From the NCBI GenBank assembly GCA_964187785.1, contig OZ076409.1, positions 27,592,001 through 27,656,000 of the forward strand: 64,000 nt of DNA, written 5' to 3'. The position numbers and the translations under genes are program-made. Source of the DNA: Amphiscolops sp. MND2022 (taxonomy: Eukaryota). The first letter of the stretch is position 1. The number at the start of each line of letters is the position of its first letter. The notes under the pieces are model-generated. The model did no database searches. It was not told where the DNA came from and saw nothing but the letters and a program-made list of their open reading frames with translations. Below are positions 1-14,124 of this stretch, piece by piece.

Positions 1-94
1 GTCTGTACTCTGGTAAACTTCAATGAAAAGTATTTTCGTGTTCAAATTTTTGACTCAAATTTAAATTAGTTCTACTGTTTCTTTTACACTCCTG

Positions 95-810
95 GTTTAA
101 AAGTTTCTGAAAACTCAAAGAGTGACTCGAAGAGATAATAACAATTAGGATGGTCTAATTCGTTTTCCGGAACCTGAGTCATGTGGCCAAAATCGATGAG
201 GTTTGAAAGTTCAAAGAGTGACTCGAATTCAATTTCCTTTTGCTTTTGTTGCTCCTGCTGGTTTCAGACAACTGGTTTCTTATAATTCATTGAAAGACTC
301 GATTTCAATTGAAGTTTTTCCTTTGTTGCTCATAGATTAGAAATATTTAGTAATTCTTTGAAAGACTCGATGTCAATTCAATTTTGCTTTTGTTACTCAC
401 GGTTTAGAAACTTTTGACAAGTAGCTTTTGACAAGTAACGAAGTAAAAAGCTAAAATGGAGGTGCTATTGGTTCAGAAAAAAATCTTTGCTGCAATAAAT
501 TGAATTAATCATTCAAAAAATCTAGTAAAAGTCTCAATTAAAAATTAGTTTAGCACCTTAGAATCTAGCTGGTTCAGAACAATTTAACCTGAGCAATCAT
601 TGTAAATCTTTATTTTAATTTTAACAATGATTCTTCCGTTGATTTGATGAAAAAATAATTATCAACTGATCAATTAACCTCACTATTGTAACACTTGAAT
701 AAGAATTCGGGAAAATTTTCTAAGAATCCAGACAATTTCCAAGAATCAATAACATTTCCAAGAATCGACAAAATTTTCAAGAATCGACAAAAGTTCGAGA
801 ATCGACAAAC
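95..810. repeat. Degenerate short repeats (AAGAGTGACTCGAA / AAGACTCGA units, plus a ~20-bp AAGAATCGACAAAA tandem at ~720-810)
   Basis: aagagtgactcgaa at ~118 and ~214; aaagactcga at ~292 and 361; about five aagaatc.. units between 722 and 810. Confidence 0.5.
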
Positions 811-1061
811 TAATGTTAACACATTATCTCCATGTATAAAAATTAGTGTCTAGATTCACGAATGTCTTTTTCTCGATTGTTGAAATTAGTGGAAATACAT
901 GCGCACTATTGTTTTCTCAATTCTTGACTTTTTTATGCGGCATAAACAATTCCTTTGAAGTTCAAATTTCAAGAATTGGGAAAAAATTCACTTCGCTGCG
1001 TTAAACTACCACTTTTCTTGATTCTTGAAAAATTGAACATTTCCCACTTTGGCCCCGTAAT

Positions 1062-2291
1062 GACGATCTCTTCATATGTCCCGTTCTCCATATTGACAGA
1101 TCGTTTCAGTTTTGGAGGCAGTGTTGCGTATAACAAGCTGTCAATCATGCTTTTTGCATTTTCACCAAAAGCTTTTTCTGCCCCTTTATTTAATTCCTCC
1201 AAGAAATCCGGCAGTTTCATGGTATTCGGGTCAAAATTGAGCCGATGCCATTTGTGTTTTGCTGTAGCCTGGCATTCCGGCTTGACATATTTTCTCCGGA
1301 ATATGACCAGCACATCCTCGAGTGTTTGACGGTTAATTGAGTTTATGTTCCTAATTGTCTGCCGGGCCCCTTTCCTGAGCAAGGAATGAAAATGGTTAAT
1401 TTTCTTTTGCTCTGTCATGGCCGGTTGCATTTTGATCATTGTGTGGAACAAGTCCTCAAAAAGTTCAAATTTCTCGCTTTTTCCATCAAACGTCATTGGC
1501 GTGGTTTGGACTGGTCGGATGGTCATCGTTTGTGGTTTGTTTTGCAGACTGACCAGGACGTCTGCCTACCTGTTCAATGGGTCCTGCGGTGCGTCATGTA
1601 CCTCTGTTTCTGGGGCTGGTAGGGTCGTCTCCAGGGAGACATTGTGGTTTGATTGTTGCCTCTCCAGGTTCTGGATTGAGTGGATTCGTCCAGTCAGAAA
1701 GTCGGGAATTTGCTGTTGGGCGTCGTTAGCTCCTGTCACCATGTAAGAGCCAGGTCCCGTGGTGTCTCTTAAATCACCTACGGACCGTGAGTCCTTTTTT
1801 GTTATTTTTGATTTCAACCCGGGTCGATTTTTCCTGTTTTCCTGGCTACTAGGGGACATGCTGGCCTCAGGGTCCCTGTTCCCTGAAGATGACATTGAAC
1901 TCACAAAATTTTGAATTTCTGGGATCACTCTTTCTGATATAGCAGTGTTTATCGATCTGTTTAGTTGATTATGGACTATGGACATCATGGAATTCATTTC
2001 TTGAGACAATCTGAGGTTAAATTCATTCGTGAAGGTCTCAAAAGACTGCCTAACTTCATTTTGTCTAAGGGGCTCGTTTTCTTGTACAAAGTTTCTATAA
2101 GTACTCCTTTGGTACTCATTTACCCCGTAGTCTTCTTGAACAGAGGACTGCTTGATTGCGTCTGCTAATTCCCTCTCAAAAGGGTTTTCAATCCCACTTC
2201 CCAACATTACGTCTAGATTATCTACATCAGACATCATGTCCATTTCCCTAGACTTTCTAGCTTTAGCTTTCTGTCTTCTTGTGGAAGGCAT
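1062..2291 (-). pseudogene. gag: gag of element D: starts in the LTR, in-frame stop at 1566-1568, 3'-truncated
   Basis: ORFs 1566..2447 and 969..1526 are in the same frame. FDGKSEKFELFEDLF...KKINHFHSLLR...LPPKLK aligns with element C Gag (FRGSKDKYNEFEHLL...DKIHFFQSLLR...KLP). The likely start MPSTRRQKAK at 2291 matches the element B LTR ORF. Confidence 0.8.
1730..1741 (-). promoter_or_regulatory. Primer-binding site TGGTGACAGGAG (tRNA-Leu-like) of element D
   Basis: Directly follows the LTR-terminal CA and is identical to the 12-mer after the 5' LTR of element C. Confidence 0.8.
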
Positions 2292-3355
2292 AAGAGACAA
2301 TTGCAAGAGGTAAGAATTGATTATCTTTAGGCTTGCAAGCAGAATAAAATCGATTGATATGCTGCATACAAAAGTTGTGTCCCCCGGTCCAAACGTCCCG
2401 GGTATATTTATGTTTGATTGCATGACTATCGGAAAAAAAACCATCATGTTCTAGCAATAGATAAATACTAATCTAAAAATAGCATCACCTATTTACATGT
2501 AACATGACGCAATGACCTATTGTCCACATCAAAAGGATGGTTCTCTTGCTAGCACCGCCGACAATAGATTAACACTATGTCTGAGTGCCCTTCAGGGCCT
2601 TTCAAGTATACAAGTAGCTTCAACGAAACATTTCATGTAACTGTATTCAAATGGCAACGATTGGCATGTTGAACAAAATATGTCTAAATGCGCATGGTGT
2701 ACAGTTTGCTTCGTTCATGAATTGCTCAAATAGTTCAATGATTTCCATCAAAAGAGGCAATACTACATCGAGAACAACTTGTATTTCAAAAAAGATACTA
2801 CTGGGAGCACCTTTCATTCAATTTTGGACTCAGTGTCCACGCGCCTTTATTTAATAGTGCATCAACTACTATTTGACGGCATATGGCATTTGAGTCCTTT
2901 AATTAGAGCACTGCATAAGAATGATTGAACGAATAGCGCGCTGTGATTGGCTGAGTAATTGGACGGACAGTTTGTCTAGCTAGACAGGAGAGGAAACATT
3001 TGAACTCGTTTCCTCTACCTGTACGCCTTGGTGTTCAATTTCTCAGCTAATGTATATATCTATATAATCTTACATGTATTAGTACATGAAATTCAACTTT
3101 GAAATAATTAAATGTATATTTTACATGGCAATTCCTGATTATTATCGCAAAACGCTTCAGATTTAAGATCATAAAGGCCACAAGTAAAATATTACATATG
3201 TAAAAATCAATCATAATGAAACAAGTTTGTAGTTTATCTTTCATGGCTTTTGGACCAGCAGTCTTTCCGTTAGTTTATTGGAAGCGTACCAGGGAGAGCG
3301 TCATAAATGTATCCAATTGATTACCAGTTTCCATCGCAGGCGGCAGCCCGCGACA
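1742..3355 (-). repeat. 5' LTR of element D (~1.6 kb, TG...CA)
   Basis: TG/CA termini, an adjacent PBS, and length and terminal sequence similar to the element B LTRs. Confidence 0.8.
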
Positions 3356-3974
3356 GTATGCAACACAGATGCAATCTTCATTTCTGAACAATGTGTGAAG
3401 TAATGATTACCCACCAAAACCTCCAGGACTTTGGAAAAATGGAACGTAGTCTGATAGAGGAAAAAAGTTTTGAAACTATTTTTTTCTGAAAAAGTCTTTT
3501 CTAGATGATAACCTGCTTGTTGTTTTATTACCAGGTCTTCTTATTCATTGAGTACGCAGAAATCAAAAAATGAACACTTTTCGATCCTTAAGTGGGTATT
3601 CTGTGTAGTTTACAAACTTACCGCCATCTTTCTAAGGCTGCAGAAGACTCAAAGTTTGTGTTTTCGAACGCGGCAATTACTCCTACCCACCAAAAAACTC
3701 AAAAATGTACGAAACATGACTAACAAGTAAAAATGGAGGTAATTCGGCCCACCTTCAAGTGCTTTATGTGACCATCTCTGATGAATAGAAGAAACTGTCA
3801 GCATATTATCAAAAATGCAAGAGAATTTGATATAATGGCCGTCTTTTTGCCTTCATTTTGCCCTTCAAATTGCTCGGCTGTAAAGCATATCATGCAACAG
3901 ACACCTGTTGGCGGAAAATATGGCCAAAAATGTTTAGAGAAATTCGTTCAAGCTATTGTTCATATCCAGCTTGC

Positions 3975-6900
3975 TTCGCCATAGCAAGCAGAATGCCCCA
4001 CCTGTTAGACCACGATGCAACAGGAATAGTCACACCTTCACCACAATTCGAAAGCCACGACAGCATTTTCATCACATCGTCACTTAGTACGGTCAACAAT
4101 AATGCTATCGGGTACCAAATAATCAACTTTTCAGAACTTCCATATACAATAGTTTGTGACACCCATCTAGCAGACTTCAAAAACCTCACACCCGAACAAA
4201 TCAAACATATACAACCTGTAGATCCAGCGATGTTGTCATTCATGATACAACATGAGGAAACAACTGAGATCTACATAAATGAACTGCTGAAAGTTCCTTC
4301 ACAAAACCCCGAACAAGAATCTTATTGGTTCCCAACACCAGAAGAACCAGGGGATCCTAGAACGTATACCCCAATCCAACAACGAATATACAATGAACTC
4401 CTTGAGCTCAAAGAACTTGAACAACTCAAGCCACAAGACAATGCAAAATCAAGAAAAGCTTTCCTCTCGAATTTCGACTGGACCGACACAACGCTCAGCC
4501 CAGAAGAACAGAAACAAATTGAAGAAATCCTCATTGAATTTCACTATATTTTAACCAGACACCGATTCGACATTGGCACCAATCGTGAATTCAAGGTTAA
4601 ACTCACACCAAATGATGATCGACCAGCCTTCAGTCAAAGTTTGCCAACCCCAATCAACCTCAAAGATGACATTACGGTAGAACTAGCACTTCTACACAAA
4701 TATGGAGTCATAACAACTCTACCTTTTTCAAAATACGCTAGTCCAATCTTTGCACAACGCAAACCAAACGGACGCCTCAGAATACTTGTGGATCTCAGAA
4801 AAATCAACAATTTAATCACTGAAGACTACATCAACAATAACCACTCGGTAAGCACACTGTCGGATGCAGCACAACACATGGCAGGCAAGAAACTTTTCTG
4901 GAAATTAGACTGCTCCCAAGCTTACCACTGCCTTCAAATGGCAGACTACCAATCCATTCAGATGCTTGCCTTCAACTTTGCAAGCCGAACCTTTGCTTAT
5001 CGCCGACTCGCTCAAGGCCTTAGCAGATATCTCTCGGCCTTTTCTAGCTTCATGAGGGAGTACCTTGACAAGGCGATCAAGGCTGACCAATGTGCACAGT
5101 ACGTCGATGACATTGGTATAGCAGCAAATGACTTAAAACAGTTATGCGCCAACATCAGGACGGTCTTTGAATGTATCCGTAATGCTGGACTAAAACTCAC
5201 AATGTCCAAATGTCATTTCGGAGTCAAACAAGTAGACTTTCTAGGCCGCACAATCACACCTGATGGCGTGGCCCCTCAAGCCGACAAAGTCAAAGATTTC
5301 TTGTCGAAATTGAGATTCCTCAAATCCAAAAAAGCACTCCAAAGGTACATAGGATTTCTAAACTATTACCGCAATTACATCCCGAGACTCTCTGAACGTC
5401 TCTCTCCATTTTTCAAACTCCTCAAAGAAATCTCCAAATTCTATGTACCCACGAACTTGGTGGAAGACTTCACCAACCTAAACAAACTTCTCGAAAATTC
5501 TTGCCAATTAGCTTTGAGACAACCTCTCAAAGACAAACAACTCATAGTCATGTCTGATGCAAGATTTACATTAGCAGGACATGCTATCATGATAGAAGAC
5601 AATCCCAGCCAAAAACTCCAGTCCAAACGCAAAACATATGCACCTATAGCATTTGGTTCGAAAACCTTCAACCCAACACAAACAAAATTGTCGATCTATG
5701 CGAAAGAATTCCTTTCCATATACTTTGCTTTTGTTGAATTCGGGCACCTCATGTGGGGAAGCACTTTTCCAGTCATAGTGTTCACCGACAACAGATCGGT
5801 AACCCGCTTTTTTCAAGCAAAACTCATTCCTCCAGCACTTTGGAACGCATGCGATTATGTCCTACAATACAATTTTGTCATCGCCCATGTCGCTGGTTCA
5901 ATGAACACTGCAGCGGACTTACTATCCAGAACGGGGGTCAACCCAGTTGAAAAACTTGAAATGAGCATTAGAAACGATATCCAAATCAAAGCGATAGAAG
6001 TCAATATACAATCTTCTGGTATTGTGGAAGAAGAACAACTTTACATTCTCCCCGACGATGAGTTTGATGAAAACAAAATTTGGGAAGAAAAGCAAATCGT
6101 GAGAAATCAAGCTGAAACTGAAACTCACAATGACCCTGAAAACAATGTTACTGAACTTCAACATTTTCACCAACCAACATCAGATTTAAACACATGCTCT
6201 GAAGGGCATTTCCGAGACAATCAGACTCGAACAAAACAATGACATTCTCCTTAGGAACCTCAGAGCTAAAATAGAAGGAAACATCTTTGATGAAAACGAC
6301 TTGGCATCTGATTACAGATACCAGCATTACCTCCAAAACATAACCAGAATCGAAATCAAGCAAGAGGTTCTAACGAGAAAGTACTACTCAGACACAGGAA
6401 CCACTTCGCACTATCAGATTTTGTTACCAACACAACTCCTAGAAGAACTACTCCAAGCCTTACACGGTCACAACTCAAACCATCCGGGTATCACAAATAT
6501 GATACAAGAAGTAAGGCAGAAATACTATTACCCTTGTATTGCAAAATACATCACAAAATGGGTGAGTAATTGTCAAATCTGCATACAAACCAAAAGAATC
6601 AACAATGACCTCCTCAGGGCCGAACTACTTAATTGCCCAGAATGGGATCTCGGCCCTGAAGACGTTCTTCAAATGGACATTCTACCAAATCTACCATCCA
6701 GCGGTGGATTTGACCATATAATAACAGCGATCGATGTTTTCTCTCGATACCTGTTTGCATATCCAGTGACCCGCATCACTGCAACATCAGTAGCCAGAGT
6801 AATGGACATATTATGCAAACATACATACCTTCCAATAACAATCATCACAGATCTTGGCACACAATTCAATGCTCAAGTAACCCATGAAGTTACAGCTGTC

Positions 6901-7981
6901 CTTGGTGTTGAGCTAAAACATGCAACAATGAAACATGCTCAAACAATAGGACTTCTGGAAAGAATACATGCTTCAGTCAAAACCCAACTCAAAGCAGCAA
7001 CTGGAGAATTCCGACATAACTGGCATAAATTTCTCCGTTAGCAGTACTAAACCACAACACAACCTATCATGCATCGCTTGGTTGTGAGCCTTCACGAGTT
7101 TTTCATGGCCGCATCCCGCACAACATACTGGATTACAAGTTAGGATACAATCCTAATCCGAAATATCAACCCCAAACTGACGTTGCAGAAGAAATACAAA
7201 GACGAATGAGAATACTTTTAGACAAGACCAAAAAGAACATAATGCAATCCTATCTCAAATACAAAGCCTTTATGACAGGAAAGCAAAAGCATCACCGTTA
7301 GAAACAACGGACTACTGCTACAATTTAAACCCAAAAGCTGACACAAAAGCAACAAAAATACCGTTTCGGGAATTCAGATGGCAGGGTCCTTATAAAGTCG
7401 AAAAAATCCTTCCTAATAACAATTATATAGTTTGGAGACTGGGAACAAATAAAACACAGCTTTTACATAGAATCAGATTGAGAAAACTCACACCGCAAGC
7501 ACCGTTAGCCAATATTTTTGTACGAGAATCTGATTGGCAAAAAGATGATCGAATGCCAGTGGCACATGATGACTTATATGCCCAATCATGGAACACAAAT
7601 TTTGGGCCTAACCCATTTGAGGATAGCCCTCCAGATTATACACAAATTACTGATGATATTGAATATGTACCTGTTGAAGTACCTGGAAATAACCACCCTC
7701 CCTCCCCCAAATTTCCAAAAAATAGTGGGGGGAGCCCAGTGGAACAGACCACTGAACGCGAAGAAGAAAATTGTGATGAAAATCTACAAGAAATTCAAGA
7801 TGAAGAATCAGAAATCTTCCAAAAAACCCCAAAAGAAAATACACCAGAAACGCAAACCCAAAAAACCACAGAAAACACCGAAAAAACCCCATTGCAAGAA
7901 GAACCCATAAATACTCGTGGTGAAAAATACAACTTACGTCCTAACCCTAACCCAAACTATTCGGACTCTTATAGATACTAG
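3975..7981 (+). pseudogene. pol: pol of element A (RT, RNase H, integrase), frameshifted
   Basis: RT: YASPIF..LVDLRKIN, KLDCSQAYH, QYVDDI. RNase H: VMSDA..AKEFL..FTDN. Integrase: H-x5-HPG...CQIC, MDIL..IDVFSRY..ITDLG..LER. Pieces are 3858-6242, 6301-7041 and fragments to 7981. Confidence 0.93.
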
Positions 7982-8175
7982 AAAAACAGATTGAAGGTTA
8001 TCATTCTTCTGTCGGTTTATACTCGCCGACTATGCTTCTTTTCGTTCAATTCAAATCGTTGATAAACACAAAACATTCATCCTAATAATACAGTGGATGG
8101 ATAAATAAATACAACGATGAAAAACTATATAACGCAAAGCAAAAGAACTCAAAATGAAACTAGAAGAAATGTTTC

Positions 8176-11100
8176 TCAGTCTTTCTTCCCTTTAGTCCCT
8201 TTGGACTTGGCTTTCTGGTTAGCGGAATTGTCACCTGCACAACGTGTCAGAGAGAGCGTAGCTTTTCCCAAAACTGAGCGAGGTGATGGAGAACTGTTAC
8301 TAGTAGTGGAACCACTGCCACAAGTGATATCTCCGTCATCCGGTAGCTTCTTATCATCAGGAGCCACAACTGAACGCTTGTACGCACTTTCAAACTTGGT
8401 GCAAAGAGTTGAACTTTTTGCTCCACTACCTCTCAAAAATTTCCATATGGAAAATTTACGGTCCTCCAGAAGCTCCTTCCTTCTTCCTAGTAGTCGAAAG
8501 ACTCTTGAAATGGCGCGAGGATCCTGGTACAAGCTCGAGACATTGGGCACTGTAGAGTATGAAAGCTGTATAGCCCCTATACAAGATCGAAGTGATTCCT
8601 CATCAGTACCCAATTCGGGTATCGGGATTACAAAGGGAGCTGGGATCTGTACCAATGGGGGAAGACACAAACTAGATAGCTTGAATAATTTATGTAACTC
8701 AGGCCGACATTGCAATTCGTAGTGAGAGACGAGGAATTGAAACCAATCCTCAACTTGTCCCATGTTGACTGTCCGGAATTTTGACACAAGAGATCGATAC
8801 TGGCTGACCGACTTTGTTTTCTCACTGAGGTTCAACCACCCAATCTCTACGAAATGACCAGTGAGACACTCAACGGCGGCAACATACTGGTCCTCGGATC
8901 CATGTAACATAACAACAGAGTCTAAACATGCAAGCCCTCGAATTAGATCGGATTTAATAATTTCGTGGGACAGCAATATCCCACAGAATGCCTTGCAGAA
9001 TGAAATAGTTTGTTCAACGAATTTACCAGGCCTTGGAAGTTTGCTTGTACTGACGAGATTGTGGTATTCGGAATTCAGAATGAACTCATCTGGAGACTTG
9101 AAGGGAAGATGACTTGGGTTGACTCAGGTTGATACTCAAATACTTCTTCCGATCGGAAATGTTACCAAGGAAATTGTCGGGTAAAATGTTTTGTAATTGA
9201 CTATATACAAAAACAGCGTACCGGTTTTACAATCGAAATCCGGCACCAAATTGATCACGGACCTCAGTGAAGGCTGAATTATCTGAAACACATGAGAAGG
9301 TTGGTCAAAAGTCTTCAATAAATGAAACGATCCTTCACCATTCTACGCTTTTACCTGAATGATTATACATAACTATGCGGATTCCAGCCGGTGACTATGC
9401 GTCACTATTCGGATTTCAGCAAATGATTATACACAACTATGCGGATTCCAGCCGGTGACTATGCGTCACTATGCGGATTTCAGCAAATGATTATACACAA
9501 CTATGCGGATTCCAGCCGGTGACTATGCGTCACTATGTGGATTTGAGCAAACGATCACACGCTACTATGCGGATTTCGGCCAACGATTATACGGCACTAT
9601 CCAACTTTCAGCTGACGAATGTACGGAACTGCATAGCTCAGTTGACTTTTGTACGTCACTATACGTCCTTCGATTAACGCACATGCTGCGCTACGGGGTA
9701 TTTACAATTATTAAAAGCACGTGCCTACTCTAGAGTGTAGTTATTCATCATTATGCGAATTTCTGAAAACGAGTATGAGTCATCATTCGGTTTTGGACTA
9801 CAATCATGCGTTACTATGCGGAATTTACAATGGTGTATATGCGACACCATACTGAATCCCGGCATCGATTACAATCCTACAAGGTGAAAAGAAATGCATG
9901 CTGAACAAAAATCCAAGATTTTGGGAAATCTACCTAGGGATAATAATTGCAAGCACTTTTAATTAAAAGAAAACAGAAGTCTTAATACAAAGAGCTTTAG
10001 ATCACAATCGAAATAGAAAAACAACTTTAGACTCTGCACTAACACTGATCGAGGACACATCTGATGATAAATAGCCGTGCCAAATAAGTGGTATCAAGAC
10101 GAAAACACTCGTCGAGGGTACTGGGCTGGAAACATAAAAGATGTATTAGATGAATAGATGCTTGAACAATGCGGATTATGGGAAGTAAATACTGACCTCT
10201 CTCATAAGAAACCGATAGGACGGCAATCGGGACACACGATTAAGGTGGTCCAGGACTTTATCCCAGTGGCTGGATAACAACTCGATCAAGATAGATGCTT
10301 CTCGGGGAGAATAGGAGAGGTCCAAGACGCACTGAAATACAAAACGAATTGAGCCTCAAAAGAAACGTATAATCTATTCTGAAAGAATCCTTATTAACGA
10401 AAATAGTTCAAGTACCTTGTGTAAGGTCGGAAGAGACTGTAGCCAAACCCGGTCCAAAGCTGTGCGAAGTTTCATTAGAAGGAAGTCAAGGATCGTACGG
10501 TGATTGTGCCTTTCCAAAATTTTCGATGTAGGAAGAGCAAGACATCTCTCCAGTTCATTTTGTCCAAAGCCATTGACGGAAGTAACTCGATACCTTCCGA
10601 GCAGAGAAGTTTTGAGACTGGAATTTAGCCTGTCAGGACAATTAACAAGGCTGACGCATGAAATGGAAGATTCAAAGATGCTAAGAAATGATGCGATAAA
10701 ATTGATGATTTTCTTGGGAATCAAGGTTCCTCTCGGTCCAGTGCCGAGGCAAATTTGGTAAAAAGACATTACCAGACCAAAAGTTGACGAAATCATGAGT
10801 GGTAAACTGGTCACTCTGGAAAGAAAGGGAGTAAGACCCGGAAGTTGTAATGGACGTGACCCCATAACTCAACAATTCACGGTACATGAAGACAAGTATA
10901 GCCTGTGAACATAATACTATTTACACCAGGAATATGTGCTATATAAAACAAAAAATAAAAATTATTTACAAATAACCGTTGTCGTTCCCAACTGAAGGAG
11001 GAAGCTTGAGAGTTTCCAGGGAATAAGCGAACTGTCTCATTCCACATCCCAATCAGACTGTCAATGTGCCCGCCATGACGTAACCTATGCTCCAGAATGC

Positions 11101-12322
11101 GGATCTGAGAAATGACGTCTTCGCTTGGGCTGGACGTAATGGTAAAATCCGGTAATTTGTCCTGCGCAACCATCAATCTACAAACATCTAACTGGGGGGC
11201 GATAGGGTAGGTCTCTTTTGCCGTTCTTCTGGCGGCCAATAGAGCGTTCCCTGTCAGCTCTTTTTCAAACTTGTCGTACAGGGGCAATCCTGGAATTTCA
11301 AGTCTAATGCGATGTTCTTTGACGAGATGAGAGTCGGTTTTAAAACTCAGTGATAATAACTCAAGAACACCCCTGCTCATTATTGACAGCTCCACACGGC
11401 AAACACGACACCACCATTTATAGGGAGTCTTGTTCCGATCAATTGGCCCGGTGGCAAAAAATTTCAAAACAGGATGCTTACGCAGCATGTGGACTCTCAA
11501 AGAGTATTTTGGACGTTGTCGCTTTGTCCTGACAGTAAAGGCTTCATCGCAACTAGATAAAGTGTTGACATTCTCTTGACTGGGTCCAGTATCTATAGGA
11601 TCGATGTTTTGAACGACACCTTTATCCGGAGATTGGGGGGGATCTTCAATCACATTCAGGGTAATGTTATCTGTCTCGTCCACCTCAGTCTGACTGATCA
11701 GCTCCCGTGGGATTCTGCCTAATACACTTGAAGGGGTGAAGGCTTCTTGCCGAGTGATAACTAGTTCTTGTGGTGTCGCGGTAGGAGGTCCTGATGTTTC
11801 TACTTTGGGACTTCCATTCTGTTCGGGTTCACCTGAATGTTCAGGGGGACTTTCCCCAGAAACCACCTCGGGAGGCTCAGTTGGGTCGGAAGCATCTTCG
11901 GAGCGTAAGAGAAAGGCAGTAAATCGGGGTGAATTGGATTGAGAGACGGGTGGCGTAACGGTGTTCTCCGGGTTACCCAATATTTTTGGATCACTAACAC
12001 TCATCAATGAAAGATCTGGTAACGCCGGAGAGATCTCAATTACTAACGGTTCAGCCTCTTCACCTTCCGCTCTATCGAATTTGTCGGGATCATGAATAAC
12101 GAGTTGACCAGATGAAAAAGAGGTGTTGAGTTCGTCAGCTAACACTTGTTCAATCCCATCGTTAGCCTTTGGTGGCGTGCTATTGGAGGGTTGAACCGGC
12201 GAGGATGGTCCAGCAACAGTGAGTTCAGCGACCTGAAGGGGAATATAGGTCCTAGTTGGGGACCTGGCAGGCGATTTTAGCGATGATCCAAGTTCAACTA
12301 AAACAAATGGGTTTATTATCAC
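8176..12322 (-). pseudogene. Antisense spliced accessory gene of A: disordered N-terminus, BED/C2H2-like finger, hAT-transposase-like body. Exons ~12322-10970, 10902-10416, 10331-10197, 10125-10044, 9282-8176
   Basis: GT..AG introns at 10969-10903, 10415-10332, 10196-10126 and 10043-9283. The spliced product aligns with the B and C genes. A few frameshifts and a stop are present. The start codon is uncertain. Confidence 0.8.
9360..9551 (+). repeat. 64-bp tandem repeat x3 (two ~32-bp TATGCG subunits) in intron 4 of the antisense gene, degenerate to ~9845
   Basis: tgattatacacaactatgcggattccagccggtgactatgcgtcactat.. starts at 9360, 9424 and 9488. Confidence 0.9.
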
Positions 12323-13074
12323 GATGATTCACGAATCAAACCACGATCAACAATTTCCGCTAAATTATAGACTGAAACAGGATACGGTAGAAAGAAATTA
12401 AAGTGGGCGGAAGTGATTGATATCAAACCGGAAGCTTAGTTGCTTCAAAAAATCAATCTTGATTTGAAGAAGATCGACCTTATTGAATAGTCTGGCCAGC
12501 TAATTAATTAAAACTTTTTTCTGATCAGAAAATCCAAATCAAAACTCGAAATTCTGAACAAACTATGAAGTGAACTTACGTTAAGTAATCGCAGTTGGTG
12601 ACTTGTAACCCCAAGAAGTGAGCTGTTTCCGCGGAGTTTGTTGTTGTCTTGACTTCCTCCGATCGGGAGAATCCATGGTATCGCTAATGCGGCTGATAAT
12701 CTCGGAGAATACAAATGGGGAATTACAATTGGAACTTTAATGATGAGAAACTAAAGAAGTGTAGATCGATGACTGAAGGAAAGAATGAAACTTTCTAACT
12801 GAAACTAAAAAGACTGCAACTGAAATTAATACAATACTAGAAACTTAAAAGACTGCAATTATGTACGGAATTAACAAGTTGACGTTGAAATTCAATAGAA
12901 GGCGTGGCGTTAAACGAAAGGCAAAAAGCAAATGAATGCTGAAATTTGCGAATTAATCCAGAAAATACTCTAACCTGATTGATCAATTAATTACCGTCCA
13001 TTACTGCCAGAATGGACGATTACGTAATTATCAAAATTAGCGACCGGTCAACGATGCAGATTTCATGAACGGCC

Positions 13075-13440
13075 CTCATGCGGCATGGAGAGGAATTTGA
13101 CCACTGCCTATGCGGCAGTATACGAAAACGACTTTATCAATAATGCGACAGTATGCGGAAATTTACAACTGCATATGCGTCAGAATACTGAAAGCCGCCA
13201 TTACACATGCGGCAGTATGCGGAAATCCACAACCGCATATGCGGTAGTATACGGAAAATCATCACTACACATACGGCAGCATGCGGATATTTGCAACAGC
13301 ATGTGCGGCATATTACAGATAACCAATCCCACGCTGAAAGCTATGTCTGCTTGTTTTAAAGGACATACACAATCTAACTTCAACTTCTTACGGTGTTGTG
13401 ATGTTCAGTAGATAACACTAGCTACGGAATATGCGAAAAT
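13075..13440 (+). repeat. Degenerate ~32-bp TATGCG-n4-TATGCG array between the two accessory genes of A
   Basis: Repeated tatgcggcagta(t/c)gcggaaat-like units. Confidence 0.75.
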
Positions 13441-14124
13441 GATGGTTTATCAACAAAATGCACTCTTATGCATTGATGAGCCAATACAGATGAACTGAGT
13501 GGAAATAAAGGATAAACTAGACCTGATGTTCTTTTACCTTTTGAGATATAATGCACTTTTCAAGTGCGGGACTTGAAACAAAACTTTGATGAACTATGAA
13601 TAAATGTGATATTTCACAAAATTTAAACTTTCAGTCCTGAAAAATTTCATTCATAAATGTAAGCCTCAGTCATGTAAATCTAGATATGTATATCAATTGT
13701 CACTTCATTTCTCTATCAATGGAAGTTATTAGTCATGAAATCCTTTGAAGTTAGTTTAGTTATGATTTTGTTTATATCTCATTAAAATGGTTCAACACTG
13801 TCAAGCGTCTTGGGTGAAGATGAGATTCTCCCCGAAAACTGAAGAAACACCTTAAATGGTAGATGTTTATATCGAACTAAAAGGAAACTTGACAATTTTC
13901 GTGGATTCAACAATTCCTGTCACACAAAGGACCCTATAAGGAAAACAAAAACCCCGAAATCATGACACTCAGTTTTTCTGCGGGTTTTTGTTATAAGCGA
14001 AAGAAACGGAAAAAACAATCTCCATATGGTCTTTTGACTCGCCCAAAAACAGTAACTCCAACTGAAACGAAAACTACCTTTAAACCTTACCTGAGAAAGT
14101 CATCCTACAACATAAGAAGAGAAT

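Larger units (their letters stand above)
1062..3355 (-). mobile_element. Gypsy element D: 5' fragment (5' LTR, PBS, truncated gag)
   Basis: The minus strand begins TGTCGCGGGCTGCCGCC at 3355, like the element B LTR start TGTCGCAGGCTGCCGCC. The LTR ends ...TTACA and is followed by TGGTGACAGGAG. Gag similarity stops abruptly near 1062. Confidence 0.85.

Noticed and set aside
3361..3365. CAACA as the left TSD of element A (matches 16768-16772)
   Set aside because: It is not followed by an LTR start and lies ~600 bp from the A remnant, so it is likely a chance match.
3858..3975. N-terminal ~40 codons of the 794-aa pol ORF
   Set aside because: They do not align with B or C pol and appear to be flanking DNA in frame with a truncated element.
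8117..8722. 201-aa plus-strand ORF, and similar shadow ORFs opposite pol and the accessory genes
   Set aside because: They are antisense shadows of the real coding frames, with no recognisable motifs or cross-element conservation.
9360..9551. CRISPR-like array
   Set aside because: The units are contiguous tandem copies without unique spacers, there are no cas genes, and the context is a eukaryotic intron.
8176..12322. Antisense gene as an independently nested hAT transposon
   Set aside because: No TIRs or 8-bp TSD were seen, and the same position, orientation and introns recur in three divergent elements.
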